In this document: positions 27,973 through 36,762 of the stretch, in pieces
Layout of the letters: the number at the start of each line of letters is the position of its first letter
Numbering within the stretch: the stretch's first letter is position 1
Notes under the pieces: model-generated
What the model was told of the DNA's origin: nothing
Database searches by the model: none
What the model saw: only the letters and a program-made list of their open reading frames with translations
Origin: Gemmatimonadales bacterium
Lineage (GTDB): Bacteria; Gemmatimonadota; Gemmatimonadetes; Gemmatimonadales; GWC2-71-9
Length of the DNA stretch: 64,000 nt
NCBI GenBank assembly: GCA_035287045.1
Contig: DATECF010000116.1
Coordinates: forward strand, 16,098-80,097
Reading direction: 5' to 3'
Made by a program: the position numbers and the translations under genes

Positions 27973-29172
27973 TTACACCACCCCCTTCGCCCGCAGTGCG
28001 GCCACCTCATCCCGCGAGATGCCCAGCGTGCCCAGGACCGCCGCCGTGTCGGCTCCAAGACGCGGCGGCGGCCCGCCGATGGCCCCGGGCGTCCTGGCGA
28101 ACTTCGCGGTCAGCCCGAACAACCTCACCGGTCCCACGCCCTCCACTGGAACCTCCGTGAGCACGGCGCGGTGCTCCGCCTGGGGCTGACCCAGCGCCGC
28201 CTCGAGACTCAGGATCGCGCCACTGGGAACGTCCCTCGTGTTGAGCAACTCCACCCACTCGGCCGTGGGACGCTCCACCAACTTCGCCTCAATGAGGGGC
28301 GTCAGCGCCTTGCGGTTCCTTTTACGGGTGTCACGCTTCTGGAAACGCGGATCGGTCTTCAGCTCCGGCACGCCCAACACCTCGCACAGGGCCTCCCACT
28401 GCTCCTGCTTGTTCGCGGCGATGTTGATGTAGCCGTCCTTGGTGCGAAACGTCCCCGACGGCGCGGCGGTGAAATTGTCGTTCCCCAACGGCACCGGCTG
28501 CTGCCCGCCGATCAGGAGATTCGCCGCCACCCACCCCATGAGCGGCATGATCGAGTCCAGCATCGCCACGTCAATGAACTGACCCTCGCCGGTCCGCTCG
28601 CGGTGGTACAGCGCCGCCATGATGGCGAACGCCGCGTTGAGCCCGCCCACGGTGTCGCACACCGGGAACCCGCAGCGCAGGGGGTTGAGGCGCTCGTCCC
28701 CGTTGATGGCCATCACCCCGCTCAGCCCCTGGATGATCTGGTCGTACGCCGGCTTCAGGGCGTCCGGGCCGGTCTGCCCGAACCCCGAGATGGCGCAGTA
28801 GATGAGCCGCGCGTTGATGGCCGCCAACGTGTCGTAGCCCAGCCCCAGGCGGGGCATCACGTCGGGGCGGAAATTTTCCACCAGGACGTCGGCCGTCCGG
28901 ACCAGGCGTTGGAAGATCTCTTTGCCCTCCGGGTTCTTGGTGTTCAGCGTCAGCGACTTCTTGTTGGCGTTCTGCGCCAGGAAGCTGGTCCCCATCAGCT
29001 GATCGTTCAGCTCGGGACAGACCCCGAGCTTGCGAGCCAGGTCGCCGTCCTTGGGGTTCTCGATCTTGATGACCTCGGCGCCCAGGAGCGCCAGGTGCAA
29101 GGTGGCGAACGGGCCAGCCAGGACGTTGGTGAGGTCGAGCACGCGGATACCTTCCAGCAGCGCGCGGCTCAT
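27973..29172 (-). CDS. Class III CoA-transferase (CaiB/BaiF family)
   Basis: LEGIRVLDLTNVLAGP, ADVLVENFRP, CAISGFGQTGP, AYDQIIQ; start moved to ATG 29172 (ATGA overlap). Confidence 0.93.
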   Translation of the reverse strand: MSRALLEGIRVLDLTNVLAGPFATLHLALLGAEVIKIENPKDGDLARKLGVCPELNDQLMGTSFLAQNANKKSLTLNTKNPEGKEIFQRLVRTADVLVENFRPDVMPRLGLGYDTLAAINARLIYCAISGFGQTGPDALKPAYDQIIQGLSGVMAINGDERLNPLRCGFPVCDTVGGLNAAFAIMAALYHRERTGEGQFIDVAMLDSIMPLMGWVAANLLIGGQQPVPLGNDNFTAAPSGTFRTKDGYINIAANKQEQWEALCEVLGVPELKTDPRFQKRDTRKRNRKALTPLIEAKLVERPTAEWVELLNTRDVPSGAILSLEAALGQPQAEHRAVLTEVPVEGVGPVRLFGLTAKFARTPGAIGGPPPRLGADTAAVLGTLGISRDEVAALRAKGVV

Positions 29173-30080
29173 GCGGCTCCCTGGGCCGGAACCGGTCCGG
29201 TCTTGTACACGTAACCGGGCAGGTCGCGGCCGAAGTGCTCGGCCACGCATCGGGCCACGGTAATGAGACGAGCCAGATCCATGTCGTGCCGCAAACCCTG
29301 ACGCTGCAGCGCATGGACCAGGTCTTCGGTCGCCACGTTGCCTGCTGCCACCTTGGTGAACGGGCAACCCCCGAGGCCGGCGAACGAAGTCTCGAATGAC
29401 GTCACGCCAACCCTCAGGGCCGCGAACACGTTGGCCATGCCCAGGCCGTAGGTGTTGTGGAAGTGGCAGGTGCATTCGACGCCGGGCTCGAGCCGCAGCA
29501 CCTCGCTGAAGAGTCGCTCCACCTGCGCGGGATTGGCGTGCCCCGCGGTGTCGGCCAGGCTGACGCTCCGTAACCCGGCCTCGAGATACGCGCGCACCAT
29601 TCCCAGAACGCGTTCCTGTGGTACCGGACCCTCGAACCCGCAGCCGAACGCCGACTGCACCGACACCTGCACCCGCTTGCCGGCCGCTGCGGCCTGTTTC
29701 GCCGCGGCCACGATCCGCGAGGTCGCCTCCCCGGTACCCATTCCGGCGTTCCTCCGGCTGTGGGTCTCGCTGGCGGAGGCGCCCAGACAGAACATCTCCA
29801 CGCCGCAGGCGAGCCCCCGCTCCAGGCCTTTCTCGTTGAGCACCAGGCCGGACAGCACGACGGCCGACCGCTTGTCCCGGGTCAGCCGGCGAAACAGCTC
29901 GTCCGTATCCGCCATCTGCGGGACCTTCTCCGGACGGACGAACGAGCCGACCTGGACGATGTCCACGCCCGCCGCCATGGAAAGGCGAATCCATTCCTCT
30001 TTTTGGTCGGTGGGTGGGGGTACCTTCTCCATTTGAAGCCCGTCACGGGGACCCACCTCGTGAATCACGATGCGCTGCAT
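29169..30080 (-). CDS. Hydroxymethylglutaryl-CoA lyase family enzyme (DRE-TIM metallolyase)
   Basis: EVGPRDGLQ, LADTAG, HFHNTYG, GLGGCPF, GNVATED. Confidence 0.92.
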   Translation of the reverse strand: MQRIVIHEVGPRDGLQMEKVPPPTDQKEEWIRLSMAAGVDIVQVGSFVRPEKVPQMADTDELFRRLTRDKRSAVVLSGLVLNEKGLERGLACGVEMFCLGASASETHSRRNAGMGTGEATSRIVAAAKQAAAAGKRVQVSVQSAFGCGFEGPVPQERVLGMVRAYLEAGLRSVSLADTAGHANPAQVERLFSEVLRLEPGVECTCHFHNTYGLGMANVFAALRVGVTSFETSFAGLGGCPFTKVAAGNVATEDLVHALQRQGLRHDMDLARLITVARCVAEHFGRDLPGYVYKTGPVPAQGAA

Positions 30081-30089
30081 GGCTCCCCT

Positions 30090-31208
30090 CTAGAGCTTCG
30101 CCGCCACCGCGCAGCCTATGTCCACGGTGGAGCTGGTGCCGCCCATATCGTAGGTGCGCACCAGACCTTCGCGAATCACCCGGGCCACCGCGCCCTCCAC
30201 GGCCTGTGCCTTCTCCCGCTCACCCAGCCAGTCGAGCATCATCTTGGCCGCGAGGATGGTGGCGATGGGATTCACCTTGTGCTGCCCGGCATACTTGGGC
30301 GCGGAGCCGTGACTGGGCTCGAACACCGCGAGCCGGTCGCCGATGTTGCCGGAGCAACCGAACCCCAGGCCGCCCACCATCTGGGCGCACAGGTCCGAGA
30401 TGATGTCCCCGTAGAGGTTGGGCGCCACCAGCACGTCGTAGTTGAAGGGGTTCTTGAGCAGCCACATCGCCATGGCGTCAATGTTGGCGTCGTCCACCTG
30501 GATCTCGGGGAACTCCGCGGCCACGGCGCGCGCCGTCTCCAGGAACAAGCCGTCGGTGGCGCGCACCACGTTCGCCTTGTGCACGATGGTGACCTTCTTC
30601 CGGCGGTGCTCCCGCGCGAACTGGAACGCCGCGCGCGCGATCCGCTCCGACCCGGCACGGGTGTTGATCTTGCAGGAGATCGCGTATTGGTCGCCCGGCA
30701 GTTTGGCGAAGGGCACGAACGGCTTGGCCAGACGCGCGAGCGTGTCCCCGAGCTCCCTGGGAACGGGACCGAATTCGACGCCGGCATACAGATCCTCGGT
30801 GTTCTCCCGAAACACGACGAGATCGATGCCTTCCTTGAAGTTCAGCGGGTTGCCGGGGTAGGCCTTGCATGGGCGGAGGCAGGTGTAGAGATCGAACATC
30901 TGGCGCATCCGGACGATCGGCGAGCGGTAGGTGAGGCCGCTGTCTCGCAGCTCCGGCGCCAGCTCGGCGGCGGCGGCCTTGACCGGCTTGGACGTGATGG
31001 CGCCGAACAGGGCGGCGTCCACGTTCTTGAGCAGATCCACCGTGCGGGCCGGGAAGGCGTCGCCCTCGCGGCACCAGAAGTCCCACCCGATGTCGCCGTG
31101 CAGGTACTCGGCGTCCAGGTCGAGGCCATCCAGCACGATCCTGGTGGCGTCGAGCACCTCCACGCCGACCCCGTCTCCGGGCAGCCAGGCGATCCGATAC
31201 GTGGCCAT
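30090..31208 (-). CDS. Isocitrate/homoisocitrate/isopropylmalate dehydrogenase family enzyme
   Basis: LPGDGVG, RENTEDLY, HKANV, NLYGDIISD, EPSHGSAP. Confidence 0.93.
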   Translation of the reverse strand: MATYRIAWLPGDGVGVEVLDATRIVLDGLDLDAEYLHGDIGWDFWCREGDAFPARTVDLLKNVDAALFGAITSKPVKAAAAELAPELRDSGLTYRSPIVRMRQMFDLYTCLRPCKAYPGNPLNFKEGIDLVVFRENTEDLYAGVEFGPVPRELGDTLARLAKPFVPFAKLPGDQYAISCKINTRAGSERIARAAFQFAREHRRKKVTIVHKANVVRATDGLFLETARAVAAEFPEIQVDDANIDAMAMWLLKNPFNYDVLVAPNLYGDIISDLCAQMVGGLGFGCSGNIGDRLAVFEPSHGSAPKYAGQHKVNPIATILAAKMMLDWLGEREKAQAVEGAVARVIREGLVRTYDMGGTSSTVDIGCAVAAKL

Positions 31209-31210
31209 GC

Positions 31211-31246
31211 AGGCTCCTCGCGGGCGGTCGTCCCCACGAGGAGCCT
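31211..31246 (-). promoter_or_regulatory. Leader hairpin occluding the Shine-Dalgarno of the dehydrogenase gene
   Basis: AGGCTCCTCG/CGAGGAGCCT perfect 10-bp stem extended by a U-G pair and 3 G-C pairs; GAGGAG lies 5 nt before the ATG inside the 3' arm. Confidence 0.65.
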
Positions 31247-31309
31247 AGGCGACCAATTATGAATTTTTCGAGGAGGAAGTCTGAACGACCGTGTAGAGTC
31301 GGCGGGGAC

Positions 31310-31639
31310 TCAGTCCACCACGAACAGCTTTGCGCCGTTGGGGGTGAACGACCGGTGCGGTTCCGCGCCATCCGCCACCTGGTAGCTCATGCCGGGTGTG
31401 AGGACTACCTCGCGGCCGTCCCGCAGCTGGGTGCGCAGTTCGCCTTGCAGACAGAGGAGGATGTGCCCCTTCTCGCACCAATGGTCGGCCAGATAGCCCG
31501 GGGAGTACTCCACCATGCGCACCCGAACGTCGCCGAACACGCGGGTGCGCCAGTAGGCTACCCCCGTCTCTCCCGGGTGCTCGACGGGCGTGACCGTGGC
31601 CCAATCAACCGTCTGGAAGGGTATGTCGCGCAGATGCAT
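31310..31639 (-). CDS. DHCW motif cupin fold protein
   Basis: RMVEYSPGYLADHWCEKGH, GMSYQVAD, EPHRS. Confidence 0.9.
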   Translation of the reverse strand: MHLRDIPFQTVDWATVTPVEHPGETGVAYWRTRVFGDVRVRMVEYSPGYLADHWCEKGHILLCLQGELRTQLRDGREVVLTPGMSYQVADGAEPHRSFTPNGAKLFVVD

Positions 31640-31723
31640 AGGGACGCGGCTCCCAGGTGAGGTAGCCTCCGGCGCTCGGCCTTTACGGCGCCCGCCAGTT
31701 CTCACCGCGGGTCAGGCAGCACC

Positions 31724-31885
31724 CTACGGAAGGTAGCTTCGGGCGATCTGCGCCCCGAAGTAGACGCCCGCCGCGGTACCCACAATGCTTAACAGAAAAG
31801 CAGTCATGGTGCCAACGCGGGCACCCAACCACCAGCCGACGGCGCCACCCACCGTGGCGCCCACGAAGGCCAGAAGTCTCTTCAT
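31724..31885 (-). CDS. Small hydrophobic Gly-rich membrane protein, 53 aa, absent from ORF track
   Basis: Hand translation MKRLLAFVGATVGGAVGWWLGARVGTMTAFLLSIVGTAAGVYFGAQIARSYLP; fills the intergenic gap in operon orientation. Confidence 0.7.
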   Translation of the reverse strand: MKRLLAFVGATVGGAVGWWLGARVGTMTAFLLSIVGTAAGVYFGAQIARSYLP

Positions 31886-31912
31886 GACAGACACGCCACT
31901 GGTCGTATCCTC

Positions 31913-33271
31913 CTAACGCAGGTTGAGAGCGCGTCCCCGCGGCTTCCGCCTCCACAGGTAGTACGCCGGCGTCCCCAGCAGCACCACCCCCAACCCCAAT
32001 AACGCCTGCACCGGCTGCGCGAACAGCGTATTGACCACGATCGCCGCCGCCGAGAGGACGAACAGGATGGGCGTCCACGGATACCCCGGCACTCGGAACG
32101 GCCGCGCCGCGTCGGGGCGCAAGCGGCGGTAGAGGAAGAGACTGATGCCTCCAAGGGCGTAGAAGATCCACCCCGCGAACACCACGTACGTCAGCAGCTG
32201 CTCGAACGTCCCCGACAGCGCCAGCACGGCCGCCCACACCGAGCTGGCGATCACCGCGATGGCCGGCGTGCCGAAGCGCGGATGCACCTCCGCCAGCCGC
32301 TGGAAGAACACGCCGTCCCGCGCCATCGCGAAGTACACCCGCGGCGCCGTGAGGGTAATCCCGTTGGCGGCGCCGAACATCGAAATCACGATGGCCCCGG
32401 CAATCAAGGTCCCCGCTCCGGGGCCCAACACCGCCCGCACCGCGTCCGCGGCCACCGCCTCGGATTGCCCGGCGGCCTCCGGCCCCAGCGCCGCCAGGTA
32501 GGCCACGTTCGCCAGCAGGTAGACGCCGATCAGCGCGGTGGTGCCCAGGACGATGCCACGCGGGAACGTCCGCTGCGGATCCTGCGCCTCACCGGCCGAG
32601 AAGGTGACGTACTGCCATCCCTCGTACGCCCACAGCACCCCGATCATCGCCAACCCCATGCCGGACAGCAGCGCCACGTCCACCGACTCGGGCACCAACG
32701 CCCGGTCGGCCTCGCGCATCCCGGTCCCCAGGCTCATCAACGCCACGGCCATGAGGAGAATCGCGGCCACCTTGATCGCGGTGGCCCAGTTCTGCACCAT
32801 GGCCCCGTGCCTCGTGCCGCGCGCGTTGACGTAGCCCACGGCAGCCACCATCGCGACCGAGACCACCTTGCCCATCACCGGTGTCAACGGCACGATCTGG
32901 TTCAGGTACCCCGCGGCCGCCACCGCCAGCGTCGCCACCGAGCCGCTGCTGATGGCGAAGAACATGGACCAGCCGTAGAGAAACGCGGGCAGGCGCCCGA
33001 ACGTGTCGCGCAGGTAGACGTACAGGCCACCCGCTTCCGGCACCATCGCACCCATCTCCGCGTAGGTGAGCGCGCCGAGCAGCGAGAGCACGCCACCCGC
33101 CAGCCACACCAGCAGCGCGGGACCAACCTGATAGCCCGTTTGACTCAAGACCGTGCCGGGAACGATGAAGATGCCCGAGCCGATCACCGACCCGATCACG
33201 ATCAGCGTCAGCTCCCGCAACCCCAACGTGCGCGCGAGGGTCGAGGACGAGCCCGAGGCGGAACCGCTCAC
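31913..33271 (-). CDS. Amino acid permease (APC family)
   Basis: GSVIGSGIF, ALTYAEMG, GGLYVYL, WAYEGW, PRVYFAMARDG. Confidence 0.93.
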   Translation of the reverse strand: MSGSASGSSSTLARTLGLRELTLIVIGSVIGSGIFIVPGTVLSQTGYQVGPALLVWLAGGVLSLLGALTYAEMGAMVPEAGGLYVYLRDTFGRLPAFLYGWSMFFAISSGSVATLAVAAAGYLNQIVPLTPVMGKVVSVAMVAAVGYVNARGTRHGAMVQNWATAIKVAAILLMAVALMSLGTGMREADRALVPESVDVALLSGMGLAMIGVLWAYEGWQYVTFSAGEAQDPQRTFPRGIVLGTTALIGVYLLANVAYLAALGPEAAGQSEAVAADAVRAVLGPGAGTLIAGAIVISMFGAANGITLTAPRVYFAMARDGVFFQRLAEVHPRFGTPAIAVIASSVWAAVLALSGTFEQLLTYVVFAGWIFYALGGISLFLYRRLRPDAARPFRVPGYPWTPILFVLSAAAIVVNTLFAQPVQALLGLGVVLLGTPAYYLWRRKPRGRALNLR

Positions 33272-33383
33272 GGCGAAGTGGGTGGGAGCCGCGCAGCGAG
33301 GCTCCCAGCGGTAGGGCGTGGCTGACTGTCAAGGAGCCGGAGCGAGCGGCTCTCACCCGCTTCGCCCCACGCGACGTTGCGCA

Positions 33384-35660
33384 TCAGAGCACTGTACTGA
33401 ACTGGCGCGTGAACTTGACGATCACGGCGCGGCCCAGCGGGCCGGACACGTCATGCCACCGGTCCGCAGCGTGCGTCTCGTTGAACACGATGAACAACCC
33501 GGTCCCGGCCGTATTGAGCCAGCCATACCGCACGTTCCCGGACCAGCTCCCCGCCTGCTCGTTGTACTGGACCAACGACTGCAGGTACATGCGGGGCGTG
33601 AAGTTGTAGGCCAGCCGGAGGGCGATGAGCGTGGTGCTGAAGCTGCCCTCGGCCAGGTCCAGCGCATTGTAGCTGAGGCGCAGCGAGGAAGCGAACGCCG
33701 TGCCCGCGCGCGCCGTGAGCGTGCTGTTGATCCCGCGTCGCGTGCCGGAGAGGAAGCCGCCCCAGTCCAGGCCGCCGTTGATCGAGACCGGAGCGCCCTC
33801 GTTGGAGTTCCAGCGCCAGGCCGCCTCGATGTTGTCGTACGTGCCCGCAGGCACTAGAACGCCGGAGTCGATCTCGAACGGCGCCTGGAGCCCCTCACGC
33901 GTCACATTGAAGGCGGGGCTGAAAAACGCGCCGTTCGCCAACTCGATGTGCGAATCGAAGTGGATGTTCCGCGTCTGGTTGAAGCCGTCGAACCCCCAGT
34001 AACCCCGGTACGAGACGTGCGGCCGAAGCTCGCGGAGCCAGGCGACGTTCGCGAACCGGACGTGGCGCAGCGCGTGCACCGAGATGAACCGGTACCCGGA
34101 GCGCTCCAGAAACCCCACCTCGGGGTTGAAGTTGTCCCCCACCTCGGTGTAGTTGCTGTTGAAGGCCCAGGTGCGCGTGGTGTAGGAGCCGCTGAGGTTG
34201 AGCGCGTGCTCCCGGCCTGATACCAGCGGCGTCTCCGTCAGCGCGCCGAACGCGTCGAGCGTGACGGATTGCCCGATCCCCAGACGTCCATCCACCACAT
34301 AGGTACGGTTGTAGTCCCCGTCCGTCGCCGTGGCGACCCGATTGATGGCCATGGCCCCGATCCGCGATCGGTTGGGCAGCTCCCGGACCACCCGGGCGGC
34401 GGCGTAGTTGTTGGCCGGAACCGCGCCGGGAATGTCGTCGGTCTGAATGTCCAGCAGGCCCACCGTGAGCCCGGCGACCTTTCCGGTGAGCCGGCCGCCG
34501 CCCACAATCGGCACCGGCTGGCCATCCGGCCCGATGCCCACGCGCCGGCTGAAGAACATCTCCACCGCCTGCCCGCCCCCGGCCGACGAACTGCCCACCG
34601 AGAAGCTCCCGGCGTTCTCCAGGAAAAACGGCCGCTTCTCCGGAAAGAACAGATTGAATCGCGTGAGGTTGACCTGCTGCTCGTCCACCTCCACCTGCGC
34701 GAAGTCCGTGTTATACGTGAGATCCAGCGTGACGCTGGGTGTAATACCGATCTTGGCGTCGGCCCCGAACGCGACTCCGGCGATGGACGAATCTCCCAGG
34801 TTGAAGCGGCAGGAAAGCCGATCGCAGCTCCTGGGAATCGGCCCGGAGCCGGGGAAGTCGCGGCTGGCAGAGCTCAACGTGAACGGCGTCACCTGCATGG
34901 TACGCCGCACCGGCGGCTCGAGGCCTCGCAACATGCCCGCGCCCGACACGCGCCACAGGTTGAATTGCCGCCCCACCGGCGACCAGAAGGCCTGCTCGTT
35001 CCGGCGCCGGATGTGCCGGGCCAGATTGAGTCCCCAACCCTGTTCCCCACCCTGCCCGTAGCGCAGCGAGGCAAACGGAATCCGGAACTCGGCGTACCAG
35101 CCCTGACCATCCGCGGACGTGGCGACCTCCCAGCTCCCATCCCAGTTCAGATTGAACCCGGCCGTGGCGCCGCCTTGCTGGCGCGACGACTGGATGCCGC
35201 TGCCCGTCCCTTCCCGGGCCACCTGCCCGTCGTACTCGATCCCGGCGGGCGTGGTCCCGAACACGAACGCGTTCTGCCGATCCCGGTAGGTGTCGAAGAC
35301 GATCAGGAAGGCGTCGGTATCGTCCACCCGGGCGTCGCGCCGGGTCTCGCCCCGGACGATGCCGGACGGGTCCGCATCGTAGAGCCAGGCGCCGATGTAG
35401 ATGGCATCCTGATCGAACAGGATCCGCACCTCGGTCCGCTCGGACACCGGCCGGCCCTCGAACGGTTCGTGCTGCATGAACCCGGTGATGACGGCGGCGG
35501 GAGCCCACGCGGCATCGTCCAGCACGCCGTCCACCCGGGGCGCCGCTTTCGTCCGCGTGGCGAGCGCCGCGCGCGGTGCCCCGTCCGAGGCAGTGCTTTG
35601 CGCCCACGCCGCGGGAGCAGCCAGCGCGGCGAGCGCCAGCAGTGCGACCACAGGAATCAT
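33384..35660 (-). CDS. Secreted CBM9-like plus DUF5916-like outer membrane beta-barrel protein
   Basis: Signal peptide, PRVDGVLDDAAW, WYAEFRIPF, YNTDFAQVEVD, NLTRFNLFFPEKRPFFLE. Confidence 0.8.
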   Translation of the reverse strand: MIPVVALLALAALAAPAAWAQSTASDGAPRAALATRTKAAPRVDGVLDDAAWAPAAVITGFMQHEPFEGRPVSERTEVRILFDQDAIYIGAWLYDADPSGIVRGETRRDARVDDTDAFLIVFDTYRDRQNAFVFGTTPAGIEYDGQVAREGTGSGIQSSRQQGGATAGFNLNWDGSWEVATSADGQGWYAEFRIPFASLRYGQGGEQGWGLNLARHIRRRNEQAFWSPVGRQFNLWRVSGAGMLRGLEPPVRRTMQVTPFTLSSASRDFPGSGPIPRSCDRLSCRFNLGDSSIAGVAFGADAKIGITPSVTLDLTYNTDFAQVEVDEQQVNLTRFNLFFPEKRPFFLENAGSFSVGSSSAGGGQAVEMFFSRRVGIGPDGQPVPIVGGGRLTGKVAGLTVGLLDIQTDDIPGAVPANNYAAARVVRELPNRSRIGAMAINRVATATDGDYNRTYVVDGRLGIGQSVTLDAFGALTETPLVSGREHALNLSGSYTTRTWAFNSNYTEVGDNFNPEVGFLERSGYRFISVHALRHVRFANVAWLRELRPHVSYRGYWGFDGFNQTRNIHFDSHIELANGAFFSPAFNVTREGLQAPFEIDSGVLVPAGTYDNIEAAWRWNSNEGAPVSINGGLDWGGFLSGTRRGINSTLTARAGTAFASSLRLSYNALDLAEGSFSTTLIALRLAYNFTPRMYLQSLVQYNEQAGSWSGNVRYGWLNTAGTGLFIVFNETHAADRWHDVSGPLGRAVIVKFTRQFSTVL

Positions 35661-35713
35661 GTGCCGTTCGGGGTGAAGGAGAAACCGGTTCAATAATAAC
35701 GTCAACACCGTGC

Positions 35714-36496
35714 CTACCGCTCCCTCCGCGCTACCACACCAACCGTGAGCGTCAGATACGGGCCCACCGCGCTCCGCTCGAGTTTCCGCAGCAACGTGTG
35801 CCATCGGCGGTACCAGCCGTCCAGCAGGCCGAACCGCGGATACAGCGGGAGGCGGACGCCCACGCGTTTCCCCGCCTCGCGCACCACCCGGTACAGGAGA
35901 CCGGGATGCATGCCGTATCCGTACACCCGCTCACACCGGAACCCCACCCGCTCGACCAGCGCGCGGATCTCGCGCGGAGAGAACTGCGTCTCCCACCCGG
36001 CAAACCACCGGTTGACCGCGATCAGCCCCTGTTTCACCAGCGTATAGATATGATATTTCTGGGGCACATCGACCAGCACCAGGCCCCCCGGCCTCACGAC
36101 GCGATGATTCTCCCGCAGCAGGCGCAGCGGGTCCCTGAAATGCTCCAGCAGCCCCTGATGGTACACCAGGTCGAATGACCCGTCGCGGAACGGCGTCGCC
36201 AGGGCGTCGCCCCGGACCAGCCGCACGCCGCCCGAGATCTGCCGGGAGAGACGCAACGCTTCGGGCGAGAAATCCAGGGCACACACGATGGCCCCGCGCC
36301 GCGCCAGTTCATGCCCTTCCCTGCCGGTGCCGGCGCCAACCTCGAGCAGGCGTTGCCCCTGAAGGGGCGGGAGCGCCTGCGTGATCTCGGCTAGGAGGTC
36401 CGAAACGGCAGGATAGACGTCACCGGCGTGGGGTTTGTCCCCCCAGTACCGGTCCCACACGCCCCGGGGTGGATGGTCTGGTCTCGGCCCGCTCAC
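35714..36496 (-). CDS. Class I SAM-dependent methyltransferase
   Basis: LLEVGAGTG motif I, GDALATPF, FDLVYHQGLLEH; GTGA-coupled start. Confidence 0.85.
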   Translation of the reverse strand: MSGPRPDHPPRGVWDRYWGDKPHAGDVYPAVSDLLAEITQALPPLQGQRLLEVGAGTGREGHELARRGAIVCALDFSPEALRLSRQISGGVRLVRGDALATPFRDGSFDLVYHQGLLEHFRDPLRLLRENHRVVRPGGLVLVDVPQKYHIYTLVKQGLIAVNRWFAGWETQFSPREIRALVERVGFRCERVYGYGMHPGLLYRVVREAGKRVGVRLPLYPRFGLLDGWYRRWHTLLRKLERSAVGPYLTLTVGVVARRER

Positions 36497-36762
36497 TGCC
36501 CGTCCACCCCGGTCGCACCGCCATCCACCGCGCGCGGCGCGCCCGCCCACCGCCTCAGGACGACCAGCCAGCCTGCCACACCCACCACGCCACCGATGAC
36601 CGCTCCGGTTCCCAGCCAGATGAGCCCTCCCCGGGGACTGGCGCCCCCGCCGGCGATCACGGCGCCCAACCACCCCCCTAAAAACGAAGCGGCCCACGCC
36701 ACCAGGGGCGTGAGCAGCCACGCGACGATGCGTACCAACCGGCGGAGTCGCTCGCCAGTCAC
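36493..36762 (-). CDS. Small membrane protein, 89 aa
   Basis: Hydrophobic Gly-rich helices; GTGA overlaps at both ends. Confidence 0.65.
   Translation of the reverse strand: MTGERLRRLVRIVAWLLTPLVAWAASFLGGWLGAVIAGGGASPRGGLIWLGTGAVIGGVVGVAGWLVVLRRWAGAPRAVDGGATGVDGQ

Noticed and set aside
27973-29994. 673-aa ORF as a fused CoA-transferase
   Set aside because: The first 274 codons are an off-frame reading of the lyase gene; the real start is the ATGA-coupled ATG at 29172
35714-36496. Methyltransferase as the N-methyl-bacillithiol methyltransferase
   Set aside because: Only loose proximity to bshA (three housekeeping and two membrane genes between); no specific motif I can recognise
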